A stretch of DNA of 49,555 bases from Polyangiales bacterium (GTDB lineage Bacteria > Myxococcota_A > Polyangia > Polyangiales > Houyiibacteriaceae): assembly GCA_045106895.1 (NCBI GenBank), contig JBGCFM010000043.1, positions 1 to 49,555 of the forward strand. Direction: 5' to 3'. This document shows positions 37,958 through 47,546 of this stretch, piece after piece (the first letter of the stretch is position 1; the number at the start of each line of letters is the position of its first letter). The notes below the pieces were generated by a model. The model saw nothing but the letters and a program-made list of their open reading frames with translations, was not told where the DNA came from and did not search any database. The position numbers were made by a program, and so were the translations under genes.

Positions 37958-39406
37958 ATGGCGACGAAGAAGAACACGGATCAACCCAAAGCCTCAGCCC
38001 GCGCTCCGAAGAAGAAGCGCTCAGCCCGCGCTTCGTCGAAAGAGTCCGCGCCGAAGACTTCTTCGAAGAAGAAGTCCGGCGAAACGAGCGCGAAGGCCAG
38101 CAGGGCCAAGAAGACAAAGAAGAAGTCGCGCCGTGCGGTGCTCGTGGCCGGCGTTCGGACTCCCTTCGTGAAAGCCTTCGGCAGCTTCCTGAAGATGGAC
38201 ACCATCGCCCTCGGGGCGTCGGCCGTCGCGGGACTTTTGGAGCGCAGCGGGGTGCCGGCCCAAGAGGTTGATTCACTTGTCTGGGGCGGCGTCGTGATCC
38301 CGAGCGTTGCGCCGAACATTGGTCGCGAAATCGTCCTCGACCTCGGACTGCCTCCGAGCATCGAAGCGATGACCGTGACCCGCGCGTGCACTTCGGGCCT
38401 TCAGGCGGTCAGTCTTGCGGTAGCGAGTATCGAGCGTGGTGATGCAGACGTGGTTATCGCTGGAGGCAGCGACTCCACCAGCAACGCGGAGGTTCAGTTG
38501 CCGCAGCGTGCGGTTCACGCGATGGCGCCGATCGCCTTTGGCAAAGCCAAGAGCGCGAAGGACTACCTGGGTGTCATCGCTCAACTTCATCCCATCGGCG
38601 GGCTTCTGCCGAAGATGCCAAAAATCGCGGAACGCTCGACGGGCGAAGTCATGGGCGAATCCGCGGAGCGTATGGCCGGCCGCAATGGCATCGACCGTGA
38701 GTCCCAAGATGCGTTTGCTCTTCGTTCTCACCAGCGTGCGGCGGCGGCCATTGCATCCGGTCGCTTCGAAGATGAGATCGTTCCCGTCACCACGCCGGAG
38801 GGCAAGACGATCTTCGCCGATGACATCGTTCGTGGGGATACAAGCTTGGAGAAGCTCGGCAAGATCCGACCCGCCTTCGCCAAGGACGGGACGGTCACAG
38901 CCGGCAACGCTAGTCCACTCACGGATGGCGCCGCGGCAACTCTGTGGATGAGCGAGGAGAAGGCAGCGGAGTTGGGACTCACTCCTCTCGCGTTCTTGTC
39001 CGCGTCCAGCTACGTCGGTGTTGACCCAAGTGACCAGCTTCTTATCGGACCGGCCGTGGCAATCCCGAAGGTCCTCGACAAGGCGGGCCTCTCTCTCGGG
39101 GACATGGATCTTGTCGACCTTCACGAAGCGTTCGCCGCGCAGGTACTCAGCGTGACGCACGCCATGGAGAGCGACGGATTCGCAAAGGAAGTGCTCGGGC
39201 GAGACGCCGCGTCGGGTTCGATCCCGCCGGAGAAATTCAACGTCCACGGCGGGAGCATCGCCCTTGGGCACCCCTTCGCCGCGACAGGCGTGCGCATGGT
39301 GACCACCATGGCAAACGAGCTGAAGCAGACTGGCGCGAAACGCGCGCTTCTTGGAATCTGCGCGGCGGGTGGGCTCGGCGCCGCCGCGATTCTCGAATCG
39401 GTGTAG
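37958..39406 (+). CDS. Acetyl-CoA C-acyltransferase (thiolase, FadI/FadA2-like) with Lys-rich N-terminal extension
   Basis: GVRTPF, RACTSG, GGSDSTS, TAGNASPLTDGAA, DLHEAF, GHPFAATG, CAAGG. Confidence 0.93.
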   Translation: MATKKNTDQPKASARAPKKKRSARASSKESAPKTSSKKKSGETSAKASRAKKTKKKSRRAVLVAGVRTPFVKAFGSFLKMDTIALGASAVAGLLERSGVPAQEVDSLVWGGVVIPSVAPNIGREIVLDLGLPPSIEAMTVTRACTSGLQAVSLAVASIERGDADVVIAGGSDSTSNAEVQLPQRAVHAMAPIAFGKAKSAKDYLGVIAQLHPIGGLLPKMPKIAERSTGEVMGESAERMAGRNGIDRESQDAFALRSHQRAAAAIASGRFEDEIVPVTTPEGKTIFADDIVRGDTSLEKLGKIRPAFAKDGTVTAGNASPLTDGAAATLWMSEEKAAELGLTPLAFLSASSYVGVDPSDQLLIGPAVAIPKVLDKAGLSLGDMDLVDLHEAFAAQVLSVTHAMESDGFAKEVLGRDAASGSIPPEKFNVHGGSIALGHPFAATGVRMVTTMANELKQTGAKRALLGICAAGGLGAAAILESV

Positions 39407-39412
39407 TCGAAG

Positions 39413-39438
39413 GAGCTTCCCCCCAGAGAGGGAAGCTC
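39413..39438 (+). terminator. Hairpin downstream of the thiolase
   Basis: GAGCTTCCC / GGGAAGCTC perfect 9-bp stem starting 7 nt after the stop; no U-tract. Confidence 0.45.
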
Positions 39439-39482
39439 TCGAGGGTAGACACGGGTTCGCAACGTGCGCAGGTTGTTGCGCG

Positions 39483-39941
39483 ATGAGGTGGATTGTCCGA
39501 CTAGTGAGTGCAGCGGCGCTGACGCTGATCGTCATGCTCCCTGCAGGGCTGCTGGCGCAGGAAAGCACCGACGTCGGCTCACGCTCTGCTCGCCTCTCCC
39601 AGCGCGTCATGAGCCCCTTCTGCCCGGGCAAGACTCTCTACCATTGCCCCAGCAGCTCTGCGACGGACATGCGTCTGGAAATGACCGGCTGGATGGAGCA
39701 GGGGTTGAGCGAAGACGACATTGTCCGGCGGCTCGAAGAGCAAATGCCCGGCTTTGACTTCACACCACCGGCGGCGACGTCGGGTCTGTTTTGGTGGGTC
39801 TGGGTTCTTGCCACGCTCTTTCTGGTTCTCGCCGCACTACGCCTCGTGCGCCGAAGGCCCGCCGGCGCGGCGGATGAAGAGAGCGGGGACGACGATTACG
39901 AACGACGACTCGACGAAGCCTTGCAACGAGAACTCAGCTAG
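39483..39941 (+). CDS. Cytochrome c biogenesis CcmH/CycL-like protein (variant redox motif)
   Basis: Signal peptide, VMSPFCPGKTLYHCPSSSATDMR..I..GLSEDDI (cf. LRCxxCQN.SIADS...ATDLR...G.S..EI), TM helix, and YERRLDEAL tail. Confidence 0.75.
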   Translation: MRWIVRLVSAAALTLIVMLPAGLLAQESTDVGSRSARLSQRVMSPFCPGKTLYHCPSSSATDMRLEMTGWMEQGLSEDDIVRRLEEQMPGFDFTPPAATSGLFWWVWVLATLFLVLAALRLVRRRPAGAADEESGDDDYERRLDEALQRELS

Positions 39942-39961
39942 TACCTCAATCGTCTCCTTCG

Positions 39962-40810
39962 TCAGCTGCGTTCGTCGTACGCGCCGCTCGCATAAGGTCG
40001 GTCGCCGGTGCCTTTGCCGATCCACCAAGCCTTCGCGCGACGATCCACGAAGAGGCTGAGCTTTGCGGGGAGGACCACGGGACGCGTGAAGCGGAACGAG
40101 AACGCCGTGACCCTGGTCGCGTCTCGCGCGAAGATCTCGCGAACGATGGTCTCGTATGCATGAGCCGCCGTTGAGTAGCCATGAAGGATCACGTTACGAA
40201 AGCCGGCTCCGCGTGCGGCGAGGGGCAGCCAATGGATGGGGTTGATGTCTCCGGTCAGGGCGACGAAGCGCCGAGCTTTTGCGGCACTCCAGCGAAAGCG
40301 ACGGACTTCCTGTGCGTCGCGGGGAATCGTCGGATGGGCACGCTTCGTCTTTGGTGAACGTGCGAGGGGAACGAACACGTCGAGCATGGCCGTGAGTCGT
40401 TCGGGATCGTTCATCGGCCCGGTGGTTGCGCGGATCGTGAGGATCGCGCGCTTGCCGTTGTCATCGACGTTCGCGACCTCCGCCGACGCGAGGAGTGGTT
40501 CAGTCGCCGGAAGAGGCGCGCTGAGCGTGAAGGAGCCTCCGCCGTTGAGGGCGCTCTTGAGCGGGTAGGGCGAACCGACCAGGCATTTGCTTTGGAGCGG
40601 AAAGAGCCACTGCGGAAAGAGATGCGGCGGCAAGGTGTCGCGATAGCTCCGTGGGTCCCCACCGACTTCACGCACATAGTCTCGAATCAACGAAGGGTGT
40701 CGAGGCTGAATCGTGGCTTCTTGCCGACCAGCGTTTGTCCGTGTTCCTTTGGCGCCCACCAGCGTGCCGATGAGCGAGCGGATGACTTCACCCTGACGAA
40801 GGAGATGCAT
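39962..40810 (-). CDS. MaoC-like double hot-dog acyl dehydratase (HtdX-like)
   Basis: Hydratase-2 motif FVALTGDINPIH, ILHG, FTRPVVLP. Confidence 0.85.
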   Translation of the reverse strand: MHLLRQGEVIRSLIGTLVGAKGTRTNAGRQEATIQPRHPSLIRDYVREVGGDPRSYRDTLPPHLFPQWLFPLQSKCLVGSPYPLKSALNGGGSFTLSAPLPATEPLLASAEVANVDDNGKRAILTIRATTGPMNDPERLTAMLDVFVPLARSPKTKRAHPTIPRDAQEVRRFRWSAAKARRFVALTGDINPIHWLPLAARGAGFRNVILHGYSTAAHAYETIVREIFARDATRVTAFSFRFTRPVVLPAKLSLFVDRRAKAWWIGKGTGDRPYASGAYDERS

Positions 40811-40857
40811 GGCGACACTATAGCAAGTGCCGGCGTGCCTTTCAGAGACGCTGATCG

Positions 40858-43227
40858 CTAGTCGAAGAGAGGCGCGAGGAGTTGTTCAACGTCGCCTTCG
40901 TCGAGGCCGGTATCCTGCGGCAGTTCGCCGGCGAGAATAGCGTCGGCGAGCCGGCGTTTTTTCTTCTGTAGGGCCAGCATTCGCTCTTCCACGCTGCCTG
41001 CGACGAAGAGGTTGTACACAAAGACGGGCTTCTGCTGGCCGATGCGGTACGCGCGGTCCGTGGCCTGCGCCTGTGCCTGTGGGTTCCACCACGGGTCGAC
41101 GTGAATCACCGTGTCGGCGCTGACGAGATTTAGGCCCGTGCCACCCGCCTTCAGGCTGATGAGAAAGACGTCCGCCTCGCCACCTTCAAACTTGTCGCAG
41201 AGACCCTGCCTGTCCTTGGTGCCGCCGGTCAGCGTCAGGTGTTTGATCTTCTTGCCCTTGAGGCCGTCGGAGATGATCTTCAGCATCGAAGTGAACTGGC
41301 TGAAGATCAGGATTCGATGGCCTTGCTTCAGCTGCGTTTCGACCAACGAGAAGATGGCCTGAGTCTTCGCGCTGGTTTTGACGAAGCGCGCCGCATCCAT
41401 CTTTACGAGGGCCGGGTCACAGCAGAGCTGACGCAACTTCATGAGCGCGTCGAGAATCGCAATGGTGGAGCCCGCGAAGCCCTTCTTACGGATGGTGTTC
41501 CGGACCTTTGCGTGGGCCGCGATACGAATGGCTTCGTAGAGCTCTCGCTGCTTGCCCTTGAGTTCCACGGGGCGGAGGACCTCCGTCTTGGGAGGAAGCT
41601 CCGTCGCTACCTCAGACTTGAGGCGTCTGAGAATGAACGGCGCCACCTGCTCATGCAGCGCCATGAGGCGATCTTCGTCCCCGTCTTTCTCGATGGGTAC
41701 GCGGTACCAGCTCTGGAAGAAGCGCGCGTCACCCAACATGTCGGGGTTGAGGAAGTCGATGAGGCTGTAGAGCTCGCCGAGGTGATTCTCAACGGGGGTT
41801 CCGGTCAGGCAGAGCCGGTAGCGGCTCTCGATCTCGCGCGCCGCGAGGTGCGTCTGGCTGCGGCGATTCTTGATGGCCTGGGCTTCGTCCAGAATCATGA
41901 AGTGCCAGAGCTGGTCCGAGAGAATATCCAGGTCCCGGGTCAAGATGGGATAGCTCGTCAGAACGACGTCCGCGTTTGGAATCTCGCCCAGGCGCGTTTT
42001 GCGATGGGGTCCGTGGTACTCGACGATGCTGATGTGCGGTGCGAACTTGTTGATCTCCCGCTTCCAGTTCCCCATCAAGCTCGTCGGCGCGACGACCATC
42101 GTGGGCAGGTCCATGCGTCCGGCGGCCTTCTCCGTGGCCAGGTGCGCGATGGTCTGAAGGGTCTTTCCAAGACCCATATCGTCGGCAAGGATCCCGCCGA
42201 CTCCCGCGGAGCGGAGATGTTGAAGCCACTCGAGTCCAACCTGCTGGTAGGGCCGTAGCGTCGCTTTCAGACCCTGTGGCGCCGCGACCTTGAGCGGCTG
42301 CGTGGAACGAAGGGCTTCTGCGTGGTCCCGCGCGCCATCTGGGTCGTGCCACTGGAGCGTCTCGGAGGTGTCCGCGAAGGCCTCGTCGAGGCGCTGGAGT
42401 GCGTGTGCTTTGTTCTTGTGGAAGAGAAGCCCGCCAGAGCCCTCGTAGAGCTCCACGACAACACGAAGGAGCCCACGAAGCTGCGTCTGCGGCAGAGACA
42501 TGTGGTGGGTCTCGCTGACCGGTACAGCGATGCTCCGGCTTGGACCGATGGAGCTCAGCGAATCGCCATCGTTGCCGCGGTCAAGAAGCTCCAGGAACAC
42601 GGGGAGGAGATCGACGACCTTGCCTTCGACGCGGACGCCGAGCTGCAGGGCGAACCAATCGGGGCGCTCGGAGTCTGCGCGAACATCCGCGACCCACTCG
42701 GCCTCCTCTTCGATGAGCTGGAAAGGGTAGTCGTCGGCGATCTTGACTAGCCAGCCGCTGGCTTTGAGGGCGGGAACGGCACGCGCCGTGAAACTGCAGT
42801 TGTCGTGCACATCGCCGTCGAGACGAACCATGTAGTCCGCGTCGAGATCCGGCGGCACGCCGACATCATGCAAGCACTCGAGGTCCACAGCGCCGTAGCT
42901 CTCGAGGAGCCGCCGAGCGTTGCATTCGAGCACCAAGTTTCGGGGCGTGCGCCCTACGCCTGCGGCACCGGTCTGCACGAAGGAAGCGCCAGGCTCTGAG
43001 GCGCGGACGAGGCGTCGCATTCCAGGGTAGCGGAACGAGAGACGTATCAGAGGTGCTTCAAGCTCCTCAAGGTTGTCGCTGTAGCCGTCCCTGTCGAGGA
43101 ACACGACATCACTAAAGAGCTCGATAACAGGGATAACCGCGGGCGCATCGACGGTGGTTCCGTCGACGGTCCTCAGGTGAGAGGCGGTGCGTTCAACATG
43201 GCTGCGTTGGCTCTGCCGCGCGTGCAT
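40858..43227 (-). CDS. SNF2-related DEAD/DEAH-box ATPase
   Basis: LRPYQ, LADDMGLGKT, ILDEAQ, LTGTPVENHL, LRRLK, FSQF, SLKAGGTGLNL, DPWWNP, DRAYRIGQ. Confidence 0.95.
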   Translation of the reverse strand: MHARQSQRSHVERTASHLRTVDGTTVDAPAVIPVIELFSDVVFLDRDGYSDNLEELEAPLIRLSFRYPGMRRLVRASEPGASFVQTGAAGVGRTPRNLVLECNARRLLESYGAVDLECLHDVGVPPDLDADYMVRLDGDVHDNCSFTARAVPALKASGWLVKIADDYPFQLIEEEAEWVADVRADSERPDWFALQLGVRVEGKVVDLLPVFLELLDRGNDGDSLSSIGPSRSIAVPVSETHHMSLPQTQLRGLLRVVVELYEGSGGLLFHKNKAHALQRLDEAFADTSETLQWHDPDGARDHAEALRSTQPLKVAAPQGLKATLRPYQQVGLEWLQHLRSAGVGGILADDMGLGKTLQTIAHLATEKAAGRMDLPTMVVAPTSLMGNWKREINKFAPHISIVEYHGPHRKTRLGEIPNADVVLTSYPILTRDLDILSDQLWHFMILDEAQAIKNRRSQTHLAAREIESRYRLCLTGTPVENHLGELYSLIDFLNPDMLGDARFFQSWYRVPIEKDGDEDRLMALHEQVAPFILRRLKSEVATELPPKTEVLRPVELKGKQRELYEAIRIAAHAKVRNTIRKKGFAGSTIAILDALMKLRQLCCDPALVKMDAARFVKTSAKTQAIFSLVETQLKQGHRILIFSQFTSMLKIISDGLKGKKIKHLTLTGGTKDRQGLCDKFEGGEADVFLISLKAGGTGLNLVSADTVIHVDPWWNPQAQAQATDRAYRIGQQKPVFVYNLFVAGSVEERMLALQKKKRRLADAILAGELPQDTGLDEGDVEQLLAPLFD

Positions 43228-43364
43228 TTGGACGTTAGATCAAACTTCGATCCGCGTGTCGATCCCTAAAGTGAAGACGCCCCGCATTCCTTGTACACGG
43301 AAGGGTTTCGGTGTCACTGCACAACACCCGTGAAGGTGGTGCAAAAAAGATACATACACAGCAT

Positions 43365-45299
43365 CTAGTGTGAATCGGCGGAGTTGATCACTTCGAGGAG
43401 CTTGTCGCCCCATGCTTCAACACGCGCTGGACCCATGCCGTGCACTTCCAAAAGCGAATTGGAATTGCGAGGTTTCGCGAGGGTGATCCCGCGGAGCGTT
43501 CGGTCCGTGCAAACCACATACGCAGGCACGCCCTTTTCGTCGGCCATCGCTTTTCGGCGCTCACGAAGCCGTTCGTAGAGCGGCATGTCGCCGGGGGAGA
43601 GCGGAAGCTCAGGCAGTCCGGGTTTTTTCTTCGGAGACTTCGCCGTCGCCGCGCTTTCTCGCTCCGGAAGAATCAACCTTGGAGCGACGGTGCCTTTCAT
43701 GACCTCGCCGCCGCGACGGGTCATGGAGAGAAGTGGGTATTCGCCTGCGTCGATTGTGCTGAGACCTGCGGTGATAAGGCGGCGCAGCACCAGCACGGTC
43801 CAGTCGAGTCCTTCTTCTTTGAAGAGCCCAAAGGTGCTCAAGCGGTCCAAGCCCCATCGCTTGATTTTTGCGTTGGCGCGGCCTGCGAGCATCTCGGCGA
43901 CGGCCTTCATTCCGACTCGTCCGCGGGCGCGGGCGACGCCGGCGAGGGCTTTTCGTACAACGATCACGTCCTCTTCGCTCATGGGGCTCTCTTCGCCGCC
44001 GCCGTCCCCAAGGCGTTCGCATACATCGCAGTGCCCGCAGCCACCCAGGAGCTCGGCGTCGTCACCGAAGTAGCGAAGGATAAAGTCGTGTCGGCATGAG
44101 CCAGCCTCGGCGTAACGCATCAGGTCCAAAAACATCGACCACTGTTGTTCGATGCGTTGCTGGCTTCGTCCGCCGCCTTCCCAAGGACGCTCGATGAGAC
44201 GTCGCCGAAGGCCTAAGTCCGAAGAGGACGAAAGCAAGATTCCCTGAGCGGGGGCGCCATCACGGCCGGCTCGACCCACTTCCTGGTAGTACGCTTCGAT
44301 GGACCCTGGCGCCTCCACGTGCAGGACGAGGCGAATGTCCGCACGGTCGATACCCATGCCAAACGCGTTCGTGGCGACGACCACATCGAGCTCGCCTTTC
44401 GCAAACTCTAGACCGATGCGCGCTCGATCTTCGGCGGCCATGCCGCCGTGATAGGAGCCCGCTCTAAAACCTGCTCCGCGCGCGTGCTCCGCATACTTCT
44501 CTGTGTTCTTTCGCGTTGCCGCATAAACGATGGCGCCACCTTTGGGGGCCGCCGGGCCGCCGAGCGCTTCGGTGAGCGCGCTGAGCATTCGAGCGCGCCG
44601 AACCTTCGGCTTCTCCAGCATCTCGGCGTGCAGGTGTAGGTTTGGGCGGGCAAAGCCGCGGAGAATGACCTTGCCCTCACGGAGACCGAGGCGCTCCACG
44701 ATCTCGTCGCGCACCTGCGGCGTCGCCGTCGCTGTGCACGCCAACACATGTGGCGGATTGAGACGCCGAAGGACTTCGCCGATACGTAAATAGTCTGGAC
44801 GAAAATCATGGCCCCACTGCGAAATACAGTGGGCCTCGTCAATGGCGACGAGGGGAGGGCGCAGCTCCTGGAGCATGCGAAGCGCGAACTCGCTGGCGAG
44901 TCTCTCCGGCGCTACATAGACGAGCTTGTACTTGCCGGCGCGGACATCGGCCTCTCGTCGTTGAACCTCGGCACGCTCAAGAGTCGACGCAAGAAAGGTG
45001 GCGGCGATGCCCCGATCGTTGAGGCCCCGGACTTGGTCTTCCATCAGTGCGATGAGGGGCGAGATGACGACCGTCGTTCCCTCGAGCTGTGTCGCGGGAA
45101 ACTGATAGGTGAGTGACTTTCCGCCACCCGTCGGCGCCACGACGAGAACACGCTGCTTTTCGTCTAGCAGCGTTTCGATGGCTTCCTTCTGCCAAGGGCG
45201 AAAGCTGCTCAGTCCAAACTGCTCCAAGAGGTGGACTTCGTGAGCGGACACGGGATGGCGTACTACAGCCAAAGGCGATTGCGAGCCGAACTGAGACAT
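43365..45299 (-). CDS. recQ: RecQ family ATP-dependent DNA helicase (RQC and HRDC domains)
   Basis: PTGGGKS, DEAHCISQWGHDFRP, ATNAFGMGID, YYQEVGRAGRDG, Zn site CR...CGHCDVC, HRDC (PAYVV..DRTL). Confidence 0.94.
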   Translation of the reverse strand: MSQFGSQSPLAVVRHPVSAHEVHLLEQFGLSSFRPWQKEAIETLLDEKQRVLVVAPTGGGKSLTYQFPATQLEGTTVVISPLIALMEDQVRGLNDRGIAATFLASTLERAEVQRREADVRAGKYKLVYVAPERLASEFALRMLQELRPPLVAIDEAHCISQWGHDFRPDYLRIGEVLRRLNPPHVLACTATATPQVRDEIVERLGLREGKVILRGFARPNLHLHAEMLEKPKVRRARMLSALTEALGGPAAPKGGAIVYAATRKNTEKYAEHARGAGFRAGSYHGGMAAEDRARIGLEFAKGELDVVVATNAFGMGIDRADIRLVLHVEAPGSIEAYYQEVGRAGRDGAPAQGILLSSSSDLGLRRRLIERPWEGGGRSQQRIEQQWSMFLDLMRYAEAGSCRHDFILRYFGDDAELLGGCGHCDVCERLGDGGGEESPMSEEDVIVVRKALAGVARARGRVGMKAVAEMLAGRANAKIKRWGLDRLSTFGLFKEEGLDWTVLVLRRLITAGLSTIDAGEYPLLSMTRRGGEVMKGTVAPRLILPERESAATAKSPKKKPGLPELPLSPGDMPLYERLRERRKAMADEKGVPAYVVCTDRTLRGITLAKPRNSNSLLEVHGMGPARVEAWGDKLLEVINSADSH

Positions 45300-45460
45300 A
45301 GGACCTCGTCGAAGCTGAGCGCCGCGGGTTGCCCTGTGTTTCGGCATGTTTTCGCCGGAAAAGAGACGTCGCCTTGCCTCCTTGCACCCCTCGCCTCAAA
45401 TCCCGCCATGTCTCTCTCCCCTCTCACGCGATCGTTTCTCGTCACTCAAGGTGGTCTCAA

Positions 45461-47527
45461 GTGACGCCGGCGCTGATCTGTGCTCGGGGAGTCGAGCATG
45501 TGCTCGCGGCGGAGCTCAAGGAGCTAGGCCTGCCTGGCTTCCTTGAAGCCGGCGTTTGTTATCTCGACGGTGGCCTCGAAGACGCCTACCGCGCGGTGTT
45601 GTGGTCTCGCGTCGCGGCCCGAGTGCTGGTGCCGCTGGCGGAGTTCCCGGGCGATGACCCGCAGACGCTCTACGACACGCTCTACGCGATCCCGTGGCAG
45701 GACCATTTTGGAATAGACGATACCTTCGCCATCGACGTCGCCGTCGCGAAGGGGCGAAGCGATCACAGCCGCTTCTTGGCTCAGCGAGCGAAGGACGCCA
45801 TCGTGGATCACTTCCGCGAAGCGACGGGGGAGCGGCCCAACGTGGATGTGGAGTCCCCCGACGTTCGTCTGCATCTTCATTGGTCACGCTCGTCGACGTT
45901 GTCCGTCGACCTGGCTGGCCCTCTTCATCGCCGCGGTTACAGGCCCAAGGGCGCCCTCGCGCCGCTCCGCGAGACCCTCGCCGCGGCGCTCCTCCGAATG
46001 AGCGAATGGACGCCGGACCAGCCGCTCATCGACCCTATGTGCGGCAGCGGCACCTTCGTCGTGGAGGCCGCGTGTCACGCGCGCGGGATAGCTCCCGGCA
46101 AGAACGTTCGGCTGGGTCGTTGGCGCGGGAATGACCATGAGCGTTTTCGCTCGCTCCAGGAAGAGGCGCGCGCGGCGGAAGACCATGAGCGCCCGCTGAA
46201 GATCTTCGCGCGAGACCGGGACCCGGAGGCGATCGCGCTCTGCCGCGAGAGCCTGTCCCTCGCTGGAGTCCATGGCGTCGACCTTGCGTGCGGCGAGTTC
46301 AAGGACCTCGTGCCCCCCATCGAAGAGGCGGGCCACGTCGTCATCAATCCGCCTTATGGGGAGCGCCTCGGAGAGCGAGGTGAGCTGCTCCGGCTCTATC
46401 CGCTCATCGGCGACGTGCTCAAGCAGCAGTTCGGAGGTTGGCAGGCGCACGTGCTGGCCAGTGATAAGCACCTCGGCGCTCGCGTGGGGTTGAAGGCAAA
46501 ACGAAAGTCTCCGGTGTTCAACGGAAGTCTTGATTGCCTCTTTTCCTCCTACGATGTGCGCGCCGCAAAGGGCGAGAGCACACCACGTTGGCGCAAGCCT
46601 CGGGAAGAGTCTTCGATGTTCGGAAACCGCCTTCGGAAGAACCGCAAGCGGTTGAAGGGGTGGGCGAAGGGCGCGAAGCTTGAAGCGTGGCGCGCGTACG
46701 ACGCGGATATTCCGGAGTACAACGTCGCCGTCGACGTGTACGGAGACCGCGTGCTGCTCCAAGAGCACCGGCGCCCGCACTCCGTCGATCCGGCCGTCGC
46801 TGACGATCGCCTGAGCGACGCGATCCTACTCGCGTCGGAGGTGATGGGCGTTCCCGAAGACAACGTTCATGTTCGTGTACGACACCGCCAACAAGGGTCG
46901 CAGTACGAGAAGCGTTCGAGTTCGGGGGAACGTTTTCCAGTGCGCGAGGGCGAGCTGCTCTTCGAGGTGAACCTCGACGACTATCTAGACACGGGGCTCT
47001 TCCTCGATCACCGAAGGTTGCGGAAGATGTGCGCCGACGCCGCGGCGGGCGGCAGCTTCCTGAACCTCTTTGCCTATACCTGCAGCGCCAGCGTGTACGC
47101 CGCTGCGAAGGGCGCGCGCGTGACGAGCGTTGACCTGAGTGGCCGCTACCTGGACTGGGGCAAGTCCAACTTCCGTCGCAATGAAATCGATCCCCTCGAG
47201 CATTCCTTCATCCGCTCGGATGTCGTGCGCTGGCTTGGTGGACATGGGGGGCGATACGAGTGCGTGCTTCTTGCGCCGCCTTCCTACAGCAAGTCAAAGT
47301 CGATGTCGGGCGACCTGGACCTGAAGCGTGACCACGCCGGCCTCATCGAAGATGCGTACGGGTGTCTCGTCAAAGGTGGGGTGTTGTTCTTCTCGACGCA
47401 CGCACGCGCGTTCGAGCTCGACGCGGACCTTGCAGCGCGGCTGGGTGCCGAGGAGATTACAAAGAAGACAGTGCCGCGTGACTTCCCGAAGGGCCCTCAC
47501 CGGACCTGGCGCTTCGTCCGCTCCTAG
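45461..47527 (+). CDS. rlmKL: Bifunctional 23S rRNA m7G2069/m2G2445 methyltransferase RlmKL
   Basis: THUMP region, LHRRGYR, APLRETLAAA, DPMCGSGT, NPPYGERL; second domain YDADIPEY, DYLDTGLFLDHR, LNLFAYT. Confidence 0.92.
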   Translation: MTPALICARGVEHVLAAELKELGLPGFLEAGVCYLDGGLEDAYRAVLWSRVAARVLVPLAEFPGDDPQTLYDTLYAIPWQDHFGIDDTFAIDVAVAKGRSDHSRFLAQRAKDAIVDHFREATGERPNVDVESPDVRLHLHWSRSSTLSVDLAGPLHRRGYRPKGALAPLRETLAAALLRMSEWTPDQPLIDPMCGSGTFVVEAACHARGIAPGKNVRLGRWRGNDHERFRSLQEEARAAEDHERPLKIFARDRDPEAIALCRESLSLAGVHGVDLACGEFKDLVPPIEEAGHVVINPPYGERLGERGELLRLYPLIGDVLKQQFGGWQAHVLASDKHLGARVGLKAKRKSPVFNGSLDCLFSSYDVRAAKGESTPRWRKPREESSMFGNRLRKNRKRLKGWAKGAKLEAWRAYDADIPEYNVAVDVYGDRVLLQEHRRPHSVDPAVADDRLSDAILLASEVMGVPEDNVHVRVRHRQQGSQYEKRSSSGERFPVREGELLFEVNLDDYLDTGLFLDHRRLRKMCADAAAGGSFLNLFAYTCSASVYAAAKGARVTSVDLSGRYLDWGKSNFRRNEIDPLEHSFIRSDVVRWLGGHGGRYECVLLAPPSYSKSKSMSGDLDLKRDHAGLIEDAYGCLVKGGVLFFSTHARAFELDADLAARLGAEEITKKTVPRDFPKGPHRTWRFVRS

Positions 47528-47546
47528 GCATCTCGTTCGCTAGAAG

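Noticed and set aside
43318..43348. Imperfect hairpin with an A-run after the recQ stop
   Set aside because: On the recQ (minus) strand the U-run precedes the stem, which is the wrong geometry for an intrinsic terminator.
40858..45299. SNF2 plus helicase as an anti-phage defence system
   Set aside because: No nuclease, DNA methylase or other defence partner, and no island signature. The flanking genes are housekeeping and RecQ is canonical.
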